NCBI GenBank assembly: GCA_030390025.1
Contig: CM059432.1
Coordinates: forward strand, 14,448,001-14,512,000
Origin: Squalus acanthias
Lineage: Eukaryota
Direction of reading: 5' to 3'
Length of the DNA: 64,000 bases
Both the position numbers and the translations under genes were made by a program. This document shows positions 24,506 to 39,094 of this stretch, in pieces. Each line of letters starts with the position of its first letter. Position 1 is the first letter of the stretch. The notes under the pieces were generated by a model that was not told where the DNA came from, did no database searches, and was given only the letters and a program-made list of their open reading frames with translations.

Positions 24506-24935
24506 TTAAATGGGAATTTGAGAGTGTGATTGTGAGAGTTTTACTAGGGTGGATGCAGAAGGAAGTGGAGTGGTGAGGGAGATAAAGAAGTAGTTGGAGA
24601 TGGCCCGGTCATCCACAGGAGTTGAGAGGCAATGGGAGATAGTGAGGTCGAAGGAGTAGCTGTGAATATGGGAAAGGGACATCATATGGAGAAATAGACA
24701 GCTAACAGAGGACAGGAATTTTTCCTCATGGAGGGAGGGAACAAAAGAGAGGGAAAGTGGGTCACAGGAACCGATATCATGTGCCTCTTAATGGCAAGAT
24801 CAAGAATGGTGTTGGCACAAATCTGTTTGCCCAGATTATGCTGCGTGTTACTGGGAAGAACCCAAGAGAAAGGCACCATAAAAATCTGAAATGTGTTTCT
24901 ATGTAATATTTTTGGCAATGTTACGACAGAATGTT

Positions 24936-25160
24936 ATCATAGGATCATAGAATTTACAGCACAGAAGGAGGCCATTCGGCCCATCATGTCCATGCCGGCC
25001 AAAAAAGAGCTATCCAGCCTAATCCCACTTTCCAGCTCTTGGTCCGTAGCCTTGTAGGTTACGGCACTTCAAGTGCATATCCAAGTATTTTGTAAGTGCG
25101 ATAAGGATTTCTTCCTCCACCACCCTTTCAGGCAGTGAGTTCCAGACCCCCACCACCCTC
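24936..25160 (-). mobile_element. CR1 3' end
   Basis: RVVGVWNSLPERVVE; cagcacagaaggaggccattcggccc. Confidence 0.85.
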
Positions 25161-27737
25161 ATGGTTGACAATATGAGGATGGTGGTGTTTGTTAGTAGAA
25201 GGCATTCCACAGGAAACATACCGCATCGACACTATCATCGGAAAAGGGACTGAGCTATAATCTTAGTCAGGTAAAGTACCATGTAAACACTCCAGCTACA
25301 AATGAACATAGATCATAACAATGTGACAGCTCTCCAGATCTGTACAAAGCCTTGCTCTGTGCACCATTCGGTTGACTGCCTGCCACCTTACAGCAGGGCT
25401 GTATAAACAGTGCTGCCTGGCAGCATGTTTACTTTCACCGGGATGCACAGTCCTGGCTGCTTGACAGCTGAAGTCAAGATTTGTATAAAGCACGCCAGAT
25501 ACCAACAGAGCTGGACTGCAGTAATTGTCAGACACTGTTCTGTGCCAGGCAACCAACAAGAAGTGAACAGCCCCACCCCAACCCGCCTGTCTGCTGTTTC
25601 TTGCGATACTGCTCGCTGCAGTTTCACACTTTGGCCGATTGCTTCAAATAACTGTATTTAAATTCTGCTTTGATGCTATTTTTCTGCAATGCCACAGAAA
25701 TGGAGTATTTGAACAATGGGTGAATGAATAGTAACGGTGGAGGGGGAGAGGATGGAATGCAGCCGAAGCATTGGTTAGCACTACCCTGGGCAGGGGAATA
25801 CATTTAAATTCAAATATCCCTTCATGCCATTGAAAAGGGAACATTTACAATGCTGACAGCCTAGATATTACCCTGCTAAGCACTGAGTGACCAAATTAAC
25901 TATAATCTCCAGCTCCGCGAGCACTGTAATTCTGCTCCTGTCTGTAATTTGAACAATCTATCGATATTTTACTCTTTCATTCTTATCTTGGAAACCATTT
26001 CAATGCTGAATGGATTAGTATTCGATACATGATTGCACATTTTTTCAGTTTAATATCACAGGCTCGACAGCATTGGCTGAAGGACAGGGCCTGCATACTA
26101 ATTGTTGCTTCTGCCCCAACATTAAATCTGTTGATGGCCCTGCATAATACAGCACCGCTGAAATCAATGTGTATTTTATGCATCAGGTCACTGCACAAAA
26201 GCCTTCATTCACAACCAAACTAAACTAATTTGTCTGCACAACAATGACACCGAGAATCAGCAAAAGATGATACTTCACAATTCTCCTCTTATCAGGAATA
26301 CCACAGTTCTATGCGGTCCAATTGTATGTCTCCACACAGCATGAATCCTACGCTCCTTTCTAATCCTTTAATACATCCTTGTCTCTTTTAATAAAATGAC
26401 TTGTGTGCTGGATAATAGAAGCATAGCTGACAGCTGCACATTAATAAAGACATAATAACTAGCATCTCATTAAAAAATGACAAGTATTTCCACTTTATTC
26501 CCCCAAATGCAGACATTTAGCATCCTCTTCTCAGGTTTTTATATTCCATTTATATTGTGGAACCCCTCCCAGTGATTGCCTGCGTTGCAAATTCATCCAG
26601 TTTATTGTGGGGAGTGTGACGGCAACAACCGGTATAACAGCACACGTGCGGTTGCCCTAAAACTGTGTTTGCAATGATGGCCACGGCACTGGGGAAGGCC
26701 ATTCTCAGTCAGAATAAAATGGCAGCCCTGAATGCACGCTCTGGCTAATTCAGCAAACTTTCCACATGGACATGCACCATGTGTTGGGACAACTGTTGAG
26801 GAACGCTAAATGTTAGAGCATTTATTCAAAATAATATTATTAATAAAAGAATGTTGGCCTTTATTCTATCTGACATAGTTTTATTGCGCTAGTGATAACT
26901 AGCAGATGTTAGAGAAGCTCAGATGTAATGGATTCACAGCTGACATGAGCTTCACCACAGTTGGATCTCGGTCACTGACAAGAATTTGAATCTCCTCCAA
27001 CTCCCAAGTTTAAATCAGGTCTTGAAATTCCACCTTCTAGTATCTGTAAAGTTAAATCTAGTCCTGATGTCAATTATTACAACCAAGGAGCCCAACTCAA
27101 GATGGCAATAGTCCTAACTTTTGCTTGGATGCTGTATTATCTTACAGAATAGCTTCACCTCAGCTAAGCAGCATAGCTAAGAACCAATCACCATTTTGAG
27201 TGTTCCTCCACCCCACCGAAAAAAAAATCTAAATTAGGCAAATCAGGAACCATAACTTCATCAGAAATTGAATATCTCACCCAATAAACCAGCAGTGGGT
27301 ACTATTTATCTAAAAAAAATGTTTAAAAAAATCTTTCTGTTGCTATCACTCACTTTCCATTCTGTCAGGAAAATCCACAGGAGATCTAATACATCCAGCA
27401 CTGTGAGTACAAGGAGGAGCATTTCTGCTCTATGCACATTTACTAACAGCGGGAGGCCACGACAAAGCAGAAATATTCCTAACAGGGTAAAGCTCAGGTA
27501 TTCCTGGGGGAAACTGAAATTAAAAGCACTGTGAGGAACTGTTCTGATTCACGTCTCACTTCCAACCTGGATCCGAAACCCAAAGGGAAGCAAATCCCCC
27601 ATACCTGAAGAATAACCTTAGCTCACTCTGTCCCCTCCTGCCTACCTGCGTACTAGTGCAAGAAAAATAACGTTCCATTTAGTTTTCTTATTTTACTTCA
27701 CGTGAATTCAGCGGATTCCTGCACAGTGAATATCACA

Positions 27738-27915
27738 ATTCCCTCCGCCACCAGCGTACCGTGGCTGCAGTGTGTACCATCTACAAGATGCACTGCAGCA
27801 ACTCGCCAAGGCTTCTTCGGCAGCACCTCCCAAACCCGCGATCTCTTCCACCTAGAAGGACAAGGGCAGCAGGCGTATGGGAACACCACCACCTGCAAGT
27901 TCCCCTCCAAGTTGC
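27738..27915 (+). mobile_element. HER1-type LINE fragment
   Basis: Matches ~10368-10540. Confidence 0.85.
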
Positions 27916-28021
27916 ACTCTATGCACAACTGTAGCAGCCATTTTTTTCCCATACCTGTCAGCTTCTGGAACTACCTATAGAATAAAATGCGATAATTTCA
28001 TGGGCACAGAAACCTTTTCTT

Positions 28022-29135
28022 AATTTATTCATTTATGGGATGTGGCCATCACTGGCAAGGCCAGCATTTATTGCCCATCCCTAATTGCCCTTGAGAAGGT
28101 GGTGGTGAGCCGCCTTCTTGAACCTCTGCAGTCCGTGTGGTGAAGGTACTCCCACAGTGCTGTTAGGTAGGGACTTCCGGGATTTTGACCCAGCAACGAT
28201 GAAGGATCGGCGCTATATTTCCAAGTCAGGATGGTGTGTAACCTGGAGGGGAACTTGGAGGTGGTGGTGTTCCCATGCGTCTGCTGCCCTTGTCCTTGTT
28301 GGTGGTAGAGGTTGCGGGTTTGGGAGGTGCTGCCGAAGATGCCTTGGCAAGTTGCTGCAGTGCATCTTGTAGATGGTACACACTGCAGCCATGTTGCGTG
28401 GGTGGTGGAGGGAGTGAATGTTTAAGGTGGTGGATGGGGGTGCCGTTCAAGCAGGCTGCTTTGTCCTGGATGGTGTCGAGCTTCTTGAGTGTTGTTGGAG
28501 CTGCACTCATCCAGGTAAGTGGAGAGTATTCCATCACACTCCTTACTTGTACCTTTAGGTAGTGGCAAGGCTTTGGGGAGTCAGGTGGTGAGACACTCGC
28601 CGCAGAATACCCAGCTTCTGACCTGCTCTTCTAGCCAAAGTATTTATGTGGCTGGTCCAGTTAAGTTTCTGATCAATGGTGAGTCCTAGGACTGTGCTGG
28701 TGAGGAATTATGAATGGAACTGAACACAGTGCAGTCATCAGTGAACATCCCCACTTCTGAACTTATGATGGAGGGAAAAGTCATTGATGAAGCAGCTGAA
28801 GATGGCTGGGCCTAAGACACTGCCCTGAGGAACTCCTGCAGTGATGTCCTGGGGCTGAGATGATTGGCCTCCAACAATCACAACCATCTTCCTTTGTGCT
28901 AGGTATGACTCCAGCCAGTGGAGAGTTTACCCCCCCCCCCCCCCCCGATTCCCATTGACTTAAATTTTACTAGGGCTCCTTGGTGCCACACTCGGTCAAA
29001 TGCTGCCTTGATGTCAAGGGCAGTCACTCTCACCTCACCTCTGGAATTCAGCTCTTTTGTCCATGTTTGGACCAAGGCTGTAATGAGGTCTGGAGCCGAG
29101 TGGTCCTGGCGGAACCCAAACTGGGCATCGGTGGG
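28022..29135 (-). mobile_element. HER1-type LINE, truncated with internal deletions
   Basis: QFGFRQDHSAPDL...DIKAAFDRVWH; MEYSPL...; HER1 3' tail at ~28030-28100. Confidence 0.9.
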
Positions 29136-29659
29136 CACTGTTAAATAGAAAGTAGTTCCAGGTAAGCCCCTCTGTGGCCGAGATTAACCAAAATAGTGAA
29201 GCTACCTTTAATTAATATTAGAATTAAAAAGGCAAATGGGACAATTGCAATTATATTAACATGGATTATAACATTCTCGGAGAACATGTGGGGGAGAGGA
29301 GCTGTACATACATCAGTCCTAAGGCTTAACCTTAACATTGTATCAAAACTCCTGTTACTATAGCAGGTCCACTAAAGCTCTTCCTGGTTTTAGTAATTCA
29401 AGCAGAACACACCTGAAGAACAATATACCCCAGGAAACACCCAGATGTGGTTGATTATGCATTCGACAAAGCAATCATGTGTGGAGTTCACTTTCTGATC
29501 TGCAATGTTCCTGTATGCAAGTTCAGGGCTGGTGAATCCTGTTCGCCAACTAGGCCGGGGTGTGTGAACTTCCATCTCTGGCTAAGCTGAAAAGCAAAGT
29601 GACTCAACAGCTCATAAGTAGTGTCTCCAATCATTTGTGATTTATTTCTCTGTTCTTCT

Positions 29660-30450
29660 ACAGCAGCAAAATTGTCTGCTCTAGTCCAGCAGCAGCTTCT
29701 TCTCCCTCCACTTCACAGTCATCTTTAGAGAACCCTAAGATTACATTCTTGGCCTTATTTATATGTTGACCTTTGGAATCACTATCCATATGGTCAATTC
29801 CCATCCGCATGTTGATGACACCACCTCTACCTTTACAACACCACCTTTGTTGTGAGACTTTTTGTCCAAAATCAAGTTCTGAGCTTTCTCCCGAAGATTG
29901 AAGCCATCTGGCTCCCTCAAAACTCCATTCCCTAGCCCTCAACTCCCACCACCACTGAAATCTTTATCCATGCTTTTGTAACTTCCAGGCTTGAATACTC
30001 CTTGCCAACCTCCCAGTTTCCAACCTACACAACTTCTAACCCATTCAAAACTCTGCATCCTGTCCCATACTAAAGTGCCTCTCACCATCACTCCTGTCCT
30101 TAACAACTGGCTCCCTATCCCCGCAATGCATCAAACCCAAGATCCTTGTCCTTACATACAAATTCCTTCATGGCCTCAGGCAGCCCTACCTCTGAAGCCT
30201 CCTCTTTCTCTTTGGTCCTCCGATTCTGGCACTCCGAGCTTTTAGCTGCTTTGGCCCTACTCTCTGGAACTGTCTCCCTAAACCCCTTTACCTTACTGCT
30301 TTTCTCGCCTTTAAATAGCTCTTTAAAAAACCTATCTTTTCTGGCATGCTTTCAATCATCTTTTGCAGCTCTTCCATCCGTTTCTTCTCTGAAAAGAATC
30401 TTGGGACATTTCCTACGTTAAAGGCACTATTAAAAGGTAAGCTGTTGTTC
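29660..30450 (+). mobile_element. Decayed L2 LINE 3' fragment
   Basis: ccatgcttttgtaacttccaggcttga, ITPVL-like segment, tail 'tgggacatttcctacgttaaaggcactat...tgttgtt'. Confidence 0.7.
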
Positions 30451-30654
30451 TGTGTCCCTGAGTTGGGACGGGGGAAAAATCAGTCAGGGGTCCTATTCTG
30501 AATCTCTATCCACAAAGATCGCAACGGTAAGTAAAGCTAAAGGAGGTCTTCATCCCATCTTTCGGTAGAAATCTATGATCCTTCCCACCATAACATCTAA
30601 CTGCTTTTTGAATGATTCCAGATTTTTTGACTCCACAACCCAGCAAGGAGACCA

Positions 30655-32180
30655 TTCCATAGAATCAGAGAATGGTTACAGCACAGAAGGAGGCCATTCA
30701 GGCCTGTCGAGCCCGTGCCGGCTCTCTGCAAGAGCACTTCAGCTTGTCCCACTCCCCTGCCCTTTCCCCGTAGCCCTGCAAATTTGTTTCCTTCAGGTGC
30801 TCATCCAATTCGCTTTTGAAAGCCACGATTGAATCTGCCTCCACCACCCTTTCAGGCAGTGCATTCCAGATCCTAACCACTCGCTGCGTAAAAAAGTTTT
30901 TCCTCATGTCACCTTTGGTTCTTCTGCCAATCACCTTAAATCTGTGTCCTCTGGTTCTTGACCCTTCTGCTAATGGGAACTGTTTCTCTCTATCTACTCT
31001 GTCTAGACCCCTCATGATTTTGAACACCTCTATCAAATCTCCTCTCAATCTTCTCTGCTCTAAGGAGAACAACCCCAGCTTCTCCAGTCTATCCACGTAA
31101 CTGAAGTCCCTCATCCCCGGAACCATTCTTGTAAATCTTTTCTGCACCCACTCTAAGGCCATCACATCCTTCCTAAAGTGCGGTGCCCAGAATTGGACAC
31201 AATACTCCAGTTGCGGCTGAACCAGTGTTTTATAGAGGTTCATCATAACTTCTTTGCTTTTGTACTCTATGCCTCTATTTATGAAGCCTAGGATCCCGTA
31301 TGCTTTTTTAACCACTTTCTCAACCTGCCCTGCCACCTTCAACGATTTGTGCACATATACCCCCAGGTCTCTCTGTTCATGCACCCCCTTTAGAATTGTA
31401 CCCTTTGGTTTATATTGCCTCTCCTCGTTCATCCTACCAAAATGTATCACTTCATACTTTTCTGCGTTAAATTTTATCTGCCACGTGGCCGCCCATTCCA
31501 CCAGCATGTTTATGTCCTCTTGAAGTCTATCACTATCCTCCTCACTGTTCACTATAGTTCCAAGTTTTGTGTCATCTGCAAATTTTGAAATTGTGCCCTG
31601 TACTCCCAAGTCTAAGTCATTAATATATATCAAGACAAGCAGTGGTCCTAGTACCAACCCCTGGGGAAAGCCACTGTATACCTTCCTCCAGTCCGAAAAA
31701 CAACCGTTCACCACTACTCTCTGTTTCCTGTCGCTTAGCCAATTTCGTATCGATGCTGCCACTGTCCCTTTTATTCCATGGGCTTCAACTTTGCTGGCAA
31801 ACCTATTATGTGGCACTTTATCAAACGCCTTTTGGAAATCCATGTACACCACATCAACCGCATTGCCCTCATCAACCCTCTCTGTTACCTCATCAAAAAA
31901 ACTCAGTCAAGTTAGTTAAACACAATTTGCCTTTAACAAATCTGTGCTGGCTTTCCTTAATTAATCCACACTTGTCCAAGTGACTGTTAATTTTGTCCCT
32001 GATTATCGTTTCTAAAAGCTTCCCCACTATCGAGGTTAAACTGACTGGGCTGTAGTTGCTGGGTTTATCCCTTATACCCTTTTTTGAACAAGGGTGTAAC
32101 ATTTGCAATTCTCCTGTCCTCTGGCACCACCTCCGTATCCAAGGAGGATTGGAAGATTATGGCCGGTACCTCCGCAATTC
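30655..32180 (-). mobile_element. CR1 LINE, 5'-truncated, with a 384-aa open RT segment (30698-31852), nested in an older CR1 relic (~30510-32750)
   Basis: DFQKAFDKVPH, FADD, FFTQRVVRIWNALP. Confidence 0.93.
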
Positions 32181-33023
32181 CATGTATTAATCAGTGTTGT
32201 GAAGAGGTGCTTCCTGAATTAAATCATGAACATGCCTTTTACTAGCTTGTCCCCACGTCCGTTTGTGTCACAATTGTGGTTTAACTTGAAACACTGTCAG
32301 AATCAACTCTTTCTTTTCCACGTAGTTTCATATTTAGCTGGTTATCACTGCAAGACTAATATGTCCGTATGTACCCGAGTTTATTTTGTTGCCTTTTTTG
32401 AAAATATGTACCAACTTAGTCCGTTTCCAATCCAGTGGGACCTCCTTTATATTAATTCACTTCCTATAATGATCATCAGTACTTTGCAGGTTCCATCCTC
32501 GGTCTCATTAAGCACCATTGGATATATGCTGTCCGTCACTGGGGATTAATCTGTTTTGAGCCCTTTAATCCTGTCTAGGACCTCTATGCACGTGATGTCA
32601 AACTCATTAAGTTTAATTATAGCAACTCTGGCATACAACTATTGTCTGCTCCAGGGAATACTTCCAGGAAATGATCATTTAATAGGTTAAATGCTTTTAG
32701 TTTGACCTTGTTTGAATCCTAAACCTCTTAGATTATCCTGTTGTTTTAACACTGAAATCCTGCTACATGTGTGTACAGGACTAGGTTCGGCTGTGATACT
32801 CGTCACGGTCAATTTGCCTGCCTAAGTTCATTTGAAGAATGGTCCTTTTGGCAAGTTAGGAGAGGAACCTTTACCCCAGCAAGAGGGAGAGGAAGGGGAA
32901 AGAATAAATTACAGCAAAGCAATACCATTTTTCCAGCACTGGTCCAAACAAAAAGGGAATTTTGCCATTTCAATATATTTGAAACTAATAATAGTCTTAC
33001 TTTATAAAATAATGCAATAATGC

Positions 33024-33225
33024 TATCAGGTATCATCACATTGGAGATATCGAATTTAAAGTCACCAGATATCAGCACACTGTCAAGCTATCTGATTAAA
33101 AGTCATCAAGTATCCTCAACCGTGTCGGGTAACTAACTTAAAGTCATAGATATTATCACATTGTGGAGAAATCTGATTTTAATGTCATAGGTATCATCAC
33201 AATGTGGAGGAATCCAATTGAAAGT
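33024..33225. repeat. Degenerate ~41-bp tandem repeat, about 5 units
   Basis: Units resemble gtcataggtatcatcacattgtggagaaatctgattttaa, with 'gtca' starts at 33061, 33102, 33143, 33184. Confidence 0.75.
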
Positions 33226-33792
33226 ATGATGATCTCTATGCCTCCGGGCAAACTATTCAGACTAGCATTGGTGGATGGCCAGAAGCAACTTACTCAACTT
33301 CCCTCCCAGCACTGGTGCTGCACAGCTCAAGGATATCACGGGAGAGAACAATGGGTGAGAAAACTGAAGGGCAAATATCCTGTTATATCAATAAAAAATC
33401 AGGATGGCTACAACTTTGAACAAACATTACAGATATTGCAATGGGTGGATTGTGAATACCTAATAATATATTGCTGGCCTCTTCAATCTATCTGTTCCAG
33501 GTTAACTGATTGCAGTAATCAATACAAGATTCCAATAATGTCTGAGCCCAACCTCTTTATTATTCACACAGCATGTTACAAATACCACAATGGCCAGCAC
33601 AAGACTTCCTGATCACAGTATTGGCTGATCACAGACCAGCCGGTGGCATGAGGACACAGACACACACTCCGAAAAACTAATCGCAGGTGTGAAAGTGTGA
33701 AAATCTTCAGGACAGATAACATTAGCAAGATTTACTTTTGTTGGGAAAGGTTTATTTAGTTTCTCACTCGTACTTCAGCAGGAAAATAAAAC

Positions 33793-34707
33793 AAATGCGG
33801 CAAAACTTGGAAGTGTAGTTAAACAGTGAGGAAGATAGTAATAGACTTCAAGAAGATATATAGACAGGCTGGTGGAATGGGCGGACACATGGCAGATGAA
33901 ATTCAACGCAGAGAAGTGTGAGGTGATACATTTTGGTAGGAAGAATGAGGAGAGACAATACGCACTAAACAGTACAATTTTAAAGGGGGTGCAAGACCAG
34001 AGAGACCTGGGGGTGTTTGTGCACAAATCTTGGAAGGTGGCAGGACAGGTTAACAAAGCAGTTAATAAAGCATATGGGATCCTGAGCTTTATAAATAGAG
34101 GCATAGAGTACAAAAGCCAGGACGTTATGCTAAACCTATATAAAACACTAGTTCAATCCCAGCTGGAATATCGTGTCCAATTCTGGGCACCACACTTTAG
34201 GAAGGACGTGAAGGCTTTGGAGAGGGTATGGAAGAGGTTCCAGGGATGAGGCTTTACAGTTACATGGATAGACTAGAGAAGCTGGGGTTGTTCTCATTGG
34301 AGCAGAGAAGACTAAGAGGAGATTTGATAGAGGTGTTTAAAATCATGAAGGATTTAGATAGAGTAAATAAAGAGAAACTATTTCCAATGGCTGAAGGGTC
34401 GATAACCAGAGGGCACAGATTTAAGGTGATTGGCAAAAGAACCAGAGGCAACATGAGGAAAAACTTTATTGCGCAACGAGTGGTTAGGATTTGGAATGCA
34501 CTGCCTGATAGGGCGGTGGAAACCGATTCAATAGTAGCCTTCAAAAGGGAATTGGATAAATACTTGAAGGATAAAGAATTACAGGGATATGGGGAAAGAG
34601 CGGGGGAGTGGGACTGACCGGATTGCTCTTCGAAAGAGCTGGCGCGGACTCAATGGGCCGAATGCACTCCTTCTGTGCTCTACTATTCCATGATTCTATG
34701 ATTCTAT
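33793..34707 (+). mobile_element. CR1 LINE 3' fragment
   Basis: WQMKFNAEKCEVIHFG...WNALP; (attctatg)n tail. Confidence 0.93.
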
Positions 34708-36546
34708 AAAAGTCCATAGTTTTTTTTTGATGTACAGCATTTCAAGAATCTAGGCTTGAAAAGCGGCAGCATTGGAGTGTATAATAGTCCAGGTGGGCAC
34801 CTTAAAATCCAGCTACAATGGAGCAGTGTGAAAAATTAACACTGAACTTCTCCTTATCAGCACATTTCTGACAGTATTGTGTTGTAAAACGATACAGCTA
34901 AATAACAGCAGTCTTATTTTATGTCCTGGCATTAAATAGCAGTGCTGAACAAAATAGCATTGACACACGACTCTTGGTCAGTACAATAGGTTGATTTGTA
35001 GGATCTACAGAAAGCTTATCACTCCACTCCAAGTGCAGAGCTGAAATGTACCCTATCAACACATCGCAGGTTCAAAGATCTGGAAAAACAAGTCACAGCA
35101 ACAGGAATACACTCCAATCTGATAGTTTAGAATAAAACCCCAGTGGATTTTGGTTTTACCTGAATGACAGAATATTTAGAATAAAGTCTGAATGTGCAGG
35201 AAAATTCAGTACAAAAACAATCAATGACAGCAGAAATGAAGTGACAAAAACAGCAGTGTCAGATTAAAAGCAAGGGATACCTTAATACGTCACTAGAGGC
35301 TGGCTATGAAACAATGCACTTATACATCCAGAGCTTTCCACTTTTGGGTTGTACAGAGGCAAGTAGTTGCTGCTGAACTGATTGAACTAACATGCAATGG
35401 GATACAGTTTGTGTCCAGGATGGTGGCTGGGTTTAGAAGAATAAATGGTGAGGCATTCACATGTCTTATGGTGAAATCTGTTCAACTTGAGGTGTTCTCA
35501 GTATCTGCCGTCTGCCTAGCAAAAGCTCAAACCTGTGCTTGTCAGTTGTCTAATGGCCAACTAGTGGCTATCCTCCTTGCAGGGGGAGAGAAGGTGAGGA
35601 GATAGGGAGGTCTCTATGGGATTCAGGTGGCTTTAAAATGACACACTTGTGATGGAAGAGAAACCGAGTCAACCCTCCGTAGCAGATTCAGTAATCCAAA
35701 GCCTGATTCCGACAGGGCCACAGAATTCCAGGGAACTGTCGGTGATAGGCCACCAGCCTGGAGGGCTAGACCTGTCACTGGGGACTGGGGTTCTTCCCAC
35801 TTGACTTCAGATGAACCTGCAATCCAACATTGTAATGAATTTGGCGAGGGAATTGAGCTGGACAAGCAGCGGAAAGCTTACCGGTGGTCCCGACTGGCAA
35901 GTTGCGATGTTGAATCTGGTTGAAATTCAGCATTACACCGGTGCACCCTGAGGGGTCTCTGTCGCCAATCTGTGCCTAAGCTGTCTAGACTTAGATAAGT
36001 AGGGTGTCTTATGGGGAAAGGGCATATACTCCATCAAGAAAACGGAGACTCTACCTACATGGACCTATCAGTACCTTGATCTAAAAATTCTTGAGCATGG
36101 TGATGGATTCCTGAAAGTGTCAACTCCAAGCTGACCAAAAACAGTCAGACCACTGCGCTCTGCTCCACCCAGGAAGATTAGAAGAGAATAACGACCGTGT
36201 TTAACATTACCGATATTAAGTAGAAAAATGTAATAACATTTCTTTCACATGCAACATAGGAACATAGAATATAAGGAAGTTTAGTGACTGGAAAAGACCA
36301 TTAGACCTTACATTAACATCTTCCCCTTTTTGATTGATTTCAACACCACCTACCTGCCTTTTCAATCCTGTTTCTCTCCTGAAACATATCCAATTGTCTG
36401 TTGAACCTTTTTATACTGCCCACTTCAATAGTCTTCCCTGGGAACTCATTCCATAAGACTAATACTTTTTGGATGAAAAGTTTTCCTTTCTTATTTTTAG
36501 TTTCCTATCTTAAGTAATCTTAAATCTTCAGCTGTCTAGACCTTAA

Positions 36547-37184
36547 GGGCTGGATTTTGCCAGCCCTAGGGAGGCGGGTTTGGAGGCGGGACTGCCGGGA
36601 AAATGGCAGAATCTGGGGGCGGGTACCCATCCCGACCCCAACCCGCCTCCGTGCCACCTTCCCAGGAGGCGGGTACCCAACCCGCGCCAGGTCCCATCTC
36701 CTGGAGGCGGGAAGGGGATTAGTGCCAATTAACTGCCTGTTAACAGGTAGTTAACAGGCAGTTAAGAGGATTATCCCCATTTTTCCACGGATGCGGAGAC
36801 TCTCGCATCTCACCGGCAGAGATGACAGATGGCTGCTGCATTCTCCAATACAACAACCATCTAATTTCTGCTCACAAGAGGTTTGATGAGTCTTGAATAC
36901 AAGAACTCATCAAACAACATAGAATGTCAGTGTTTGACAGCTTCACAGAGCTGTCAAACGATGACAATTCATCTGTCAAAAATTTTTGACAGATGAAACG
37001 TCATACGCTGACGTTCTCTGTACCCGGCTTCCCCTTAATTGGCCTGCTCAGCCCACTGGGCGGGCTTAACAAGGTCAATCAAGGGAAAATAGCGTGGGTT
37101 GGCCACAAGTCGTTGGAGGCGGGACTGAAACCCAACAAGCAGCAGTCCCGCCTCCAACACGCCCCCATTGACAAAATCACCCCC
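36547..37184. mobile_element. PIF/Harbinger MITE related to 14141-14985 (opposite orientation), inserted in an L2 3' tail
   Basis: TIR gggctggatttt / aaaatcaccccc; shared internal palindromes; flanks rejoin as cagctg...taagctctggaattccc. Confidence 0.85.
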
Positions 37185-38837
37185 TAGCTCTGGAATTCCC
37201 TCCCTAAACCTCTCTGCCTCTCTCTCCTCCTTTAAGACGCTCCTTAAAACCTACCTCTTCACCTGTCCTAATATCTCCTGATGTGGCTCACATTAACGGT
37301 GTTATAGAAACGCAAGTTGTTGTTTAAATTCGTGTGCCTGGTATTGAAACTCTTCACCAGGGTGGACAATTTGCCTGGATTAATTTTGACAATTTCCTTC
37401 ATAGCCGTGAAAGCTTCAGTTAGGTCACTTTAAGTGCACCTTATGAATGACCTTGTGGTGCAAGGTAGACGTTGCAGTTTGAGTAGTGAGCAGGGTGTGC
37501 TGTTTGAGGTTGGAACACAATCAATGTATTGGACACAAGTCTTCGAGCAATTAGTCATTTTCACAAGAGTATCTCCCAAACAGGTAGATTACCGTCTTTG
37601 TCCATTACCAAGGCTTTTCAATTATGAAAGCAAACAAAATAACTACTATCCCATTCAACCATGGTGTTGTATTCTACAACAGCAGGTGGGAGATAAACAT
37701 TATAAGGAACAAGCATCCTTAATACCTTCTTTTAGAAATCAAAGTGTTGCAAAGAATCAATATCTTTAATGTCCTTTTGTATAATTTCTGTCTTCCCTAA
37801 TTTAGTTTTTATTGAGCCTGACAGTGTGAGGAAGCTGAATTGCCATCAGCAGAAGCACAGGCATTGACCTCAGGTGCTTCAACAGTGAATGCTCCTGTAA
37901 ATCAGCTCCTTCAGTGTCGGGCTCAGTAACTCCTCCAAGACAGGTCTCCTGATGACCTCGGGACTCACTGTTTAAATATCAGAACAGTCAACAGCAGATA
38001 AACAAAAAGCAAAGTGTGTAAAAGTAACAATAATTCTCCACAGCTCTAATATTTGAGAAGAAATAATGATGGTGATTCATTCTTTAACTTAATCTTTGGT
38101 TGTAAAAGACAAATAGTGGGGTTAGATGATGAGGGGCAGGAGGAGGCTCGTGTGGAGTATAAACGTAGACCTGTTGGGCCGAATGGCCTGTTTCTGCGCT
38201 GTAAACACTTTGTAATACTTTGCAAAAAAGCATTGCCAAGCCTAAAATGTGACTTGTGCAACACCGTATGGACTAAGTACCACCAACTTGTAGATGAATT
38301 ACATAGTGGAGCGCTGTCACATGGAATGCGGAAACACTACATTAGACTATGTTACCTTTACCTTGCAAAACTACCAGCAGAGACAACCTGACTGTGAGGG
38401 CAACACTATGATATCGCTGAGGTGACACTCGTGTTTCTGATGGTATCAGCTTATGATTTCTCCCATGGCACCGGGTACACAGCACCACTGGTATCAAATA
38501 CAAGCAGCTGCCACGTGGCACCACGCTCCTGGCTCAGGGTGGGGCGGGACTGTTCGCTTGGCTGGCCTGTACAGGCCAGCAGTGTGCTTTGCACGTTGCT
38601 GATTTGTACAGACTATCCCACCACCCCCCCACACTAGGAAAGATCCGCAACACAAAAGAAAAGTCACAGTTAGAACGTAGACAGGATTGTGCGTGCAAAG
38701 TTGCGTCACCGTCAAAGCTTCTGACTCTGTCCTACAGCGTAAACCTGCTGGGTTTCCAAACACCGATGGCCAAGACAAGTAGGGTGGCTTCTGCATGCAA
38801 CAACACTGTACAATATGAGGAGCGTCTGAGATGCTCA

Positions 38838-39047
<210 letters not shown>

Positions 39048-39094
39048 TCAAATTGCTGGCATGCCCTGGAATAGCATCCTTCAAAATCATTTCT

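Noticed and set aside
25275..25290. Minus-strand ATG|gtactt as a one-codon alternative first exon
   Set aside because: Weak donor and poor Kozak context; expected by chance.
33024..33225. CRISPR-like regular spacing
   Set aside because: Vertebrate DNA, no cas genes, and no identical repeats separated by unique spacers.
35300..36200. Mixed-composition stretch that might be a decayed retroelement or exon
   Set aside because: No recognisable motif or coherent ORF.
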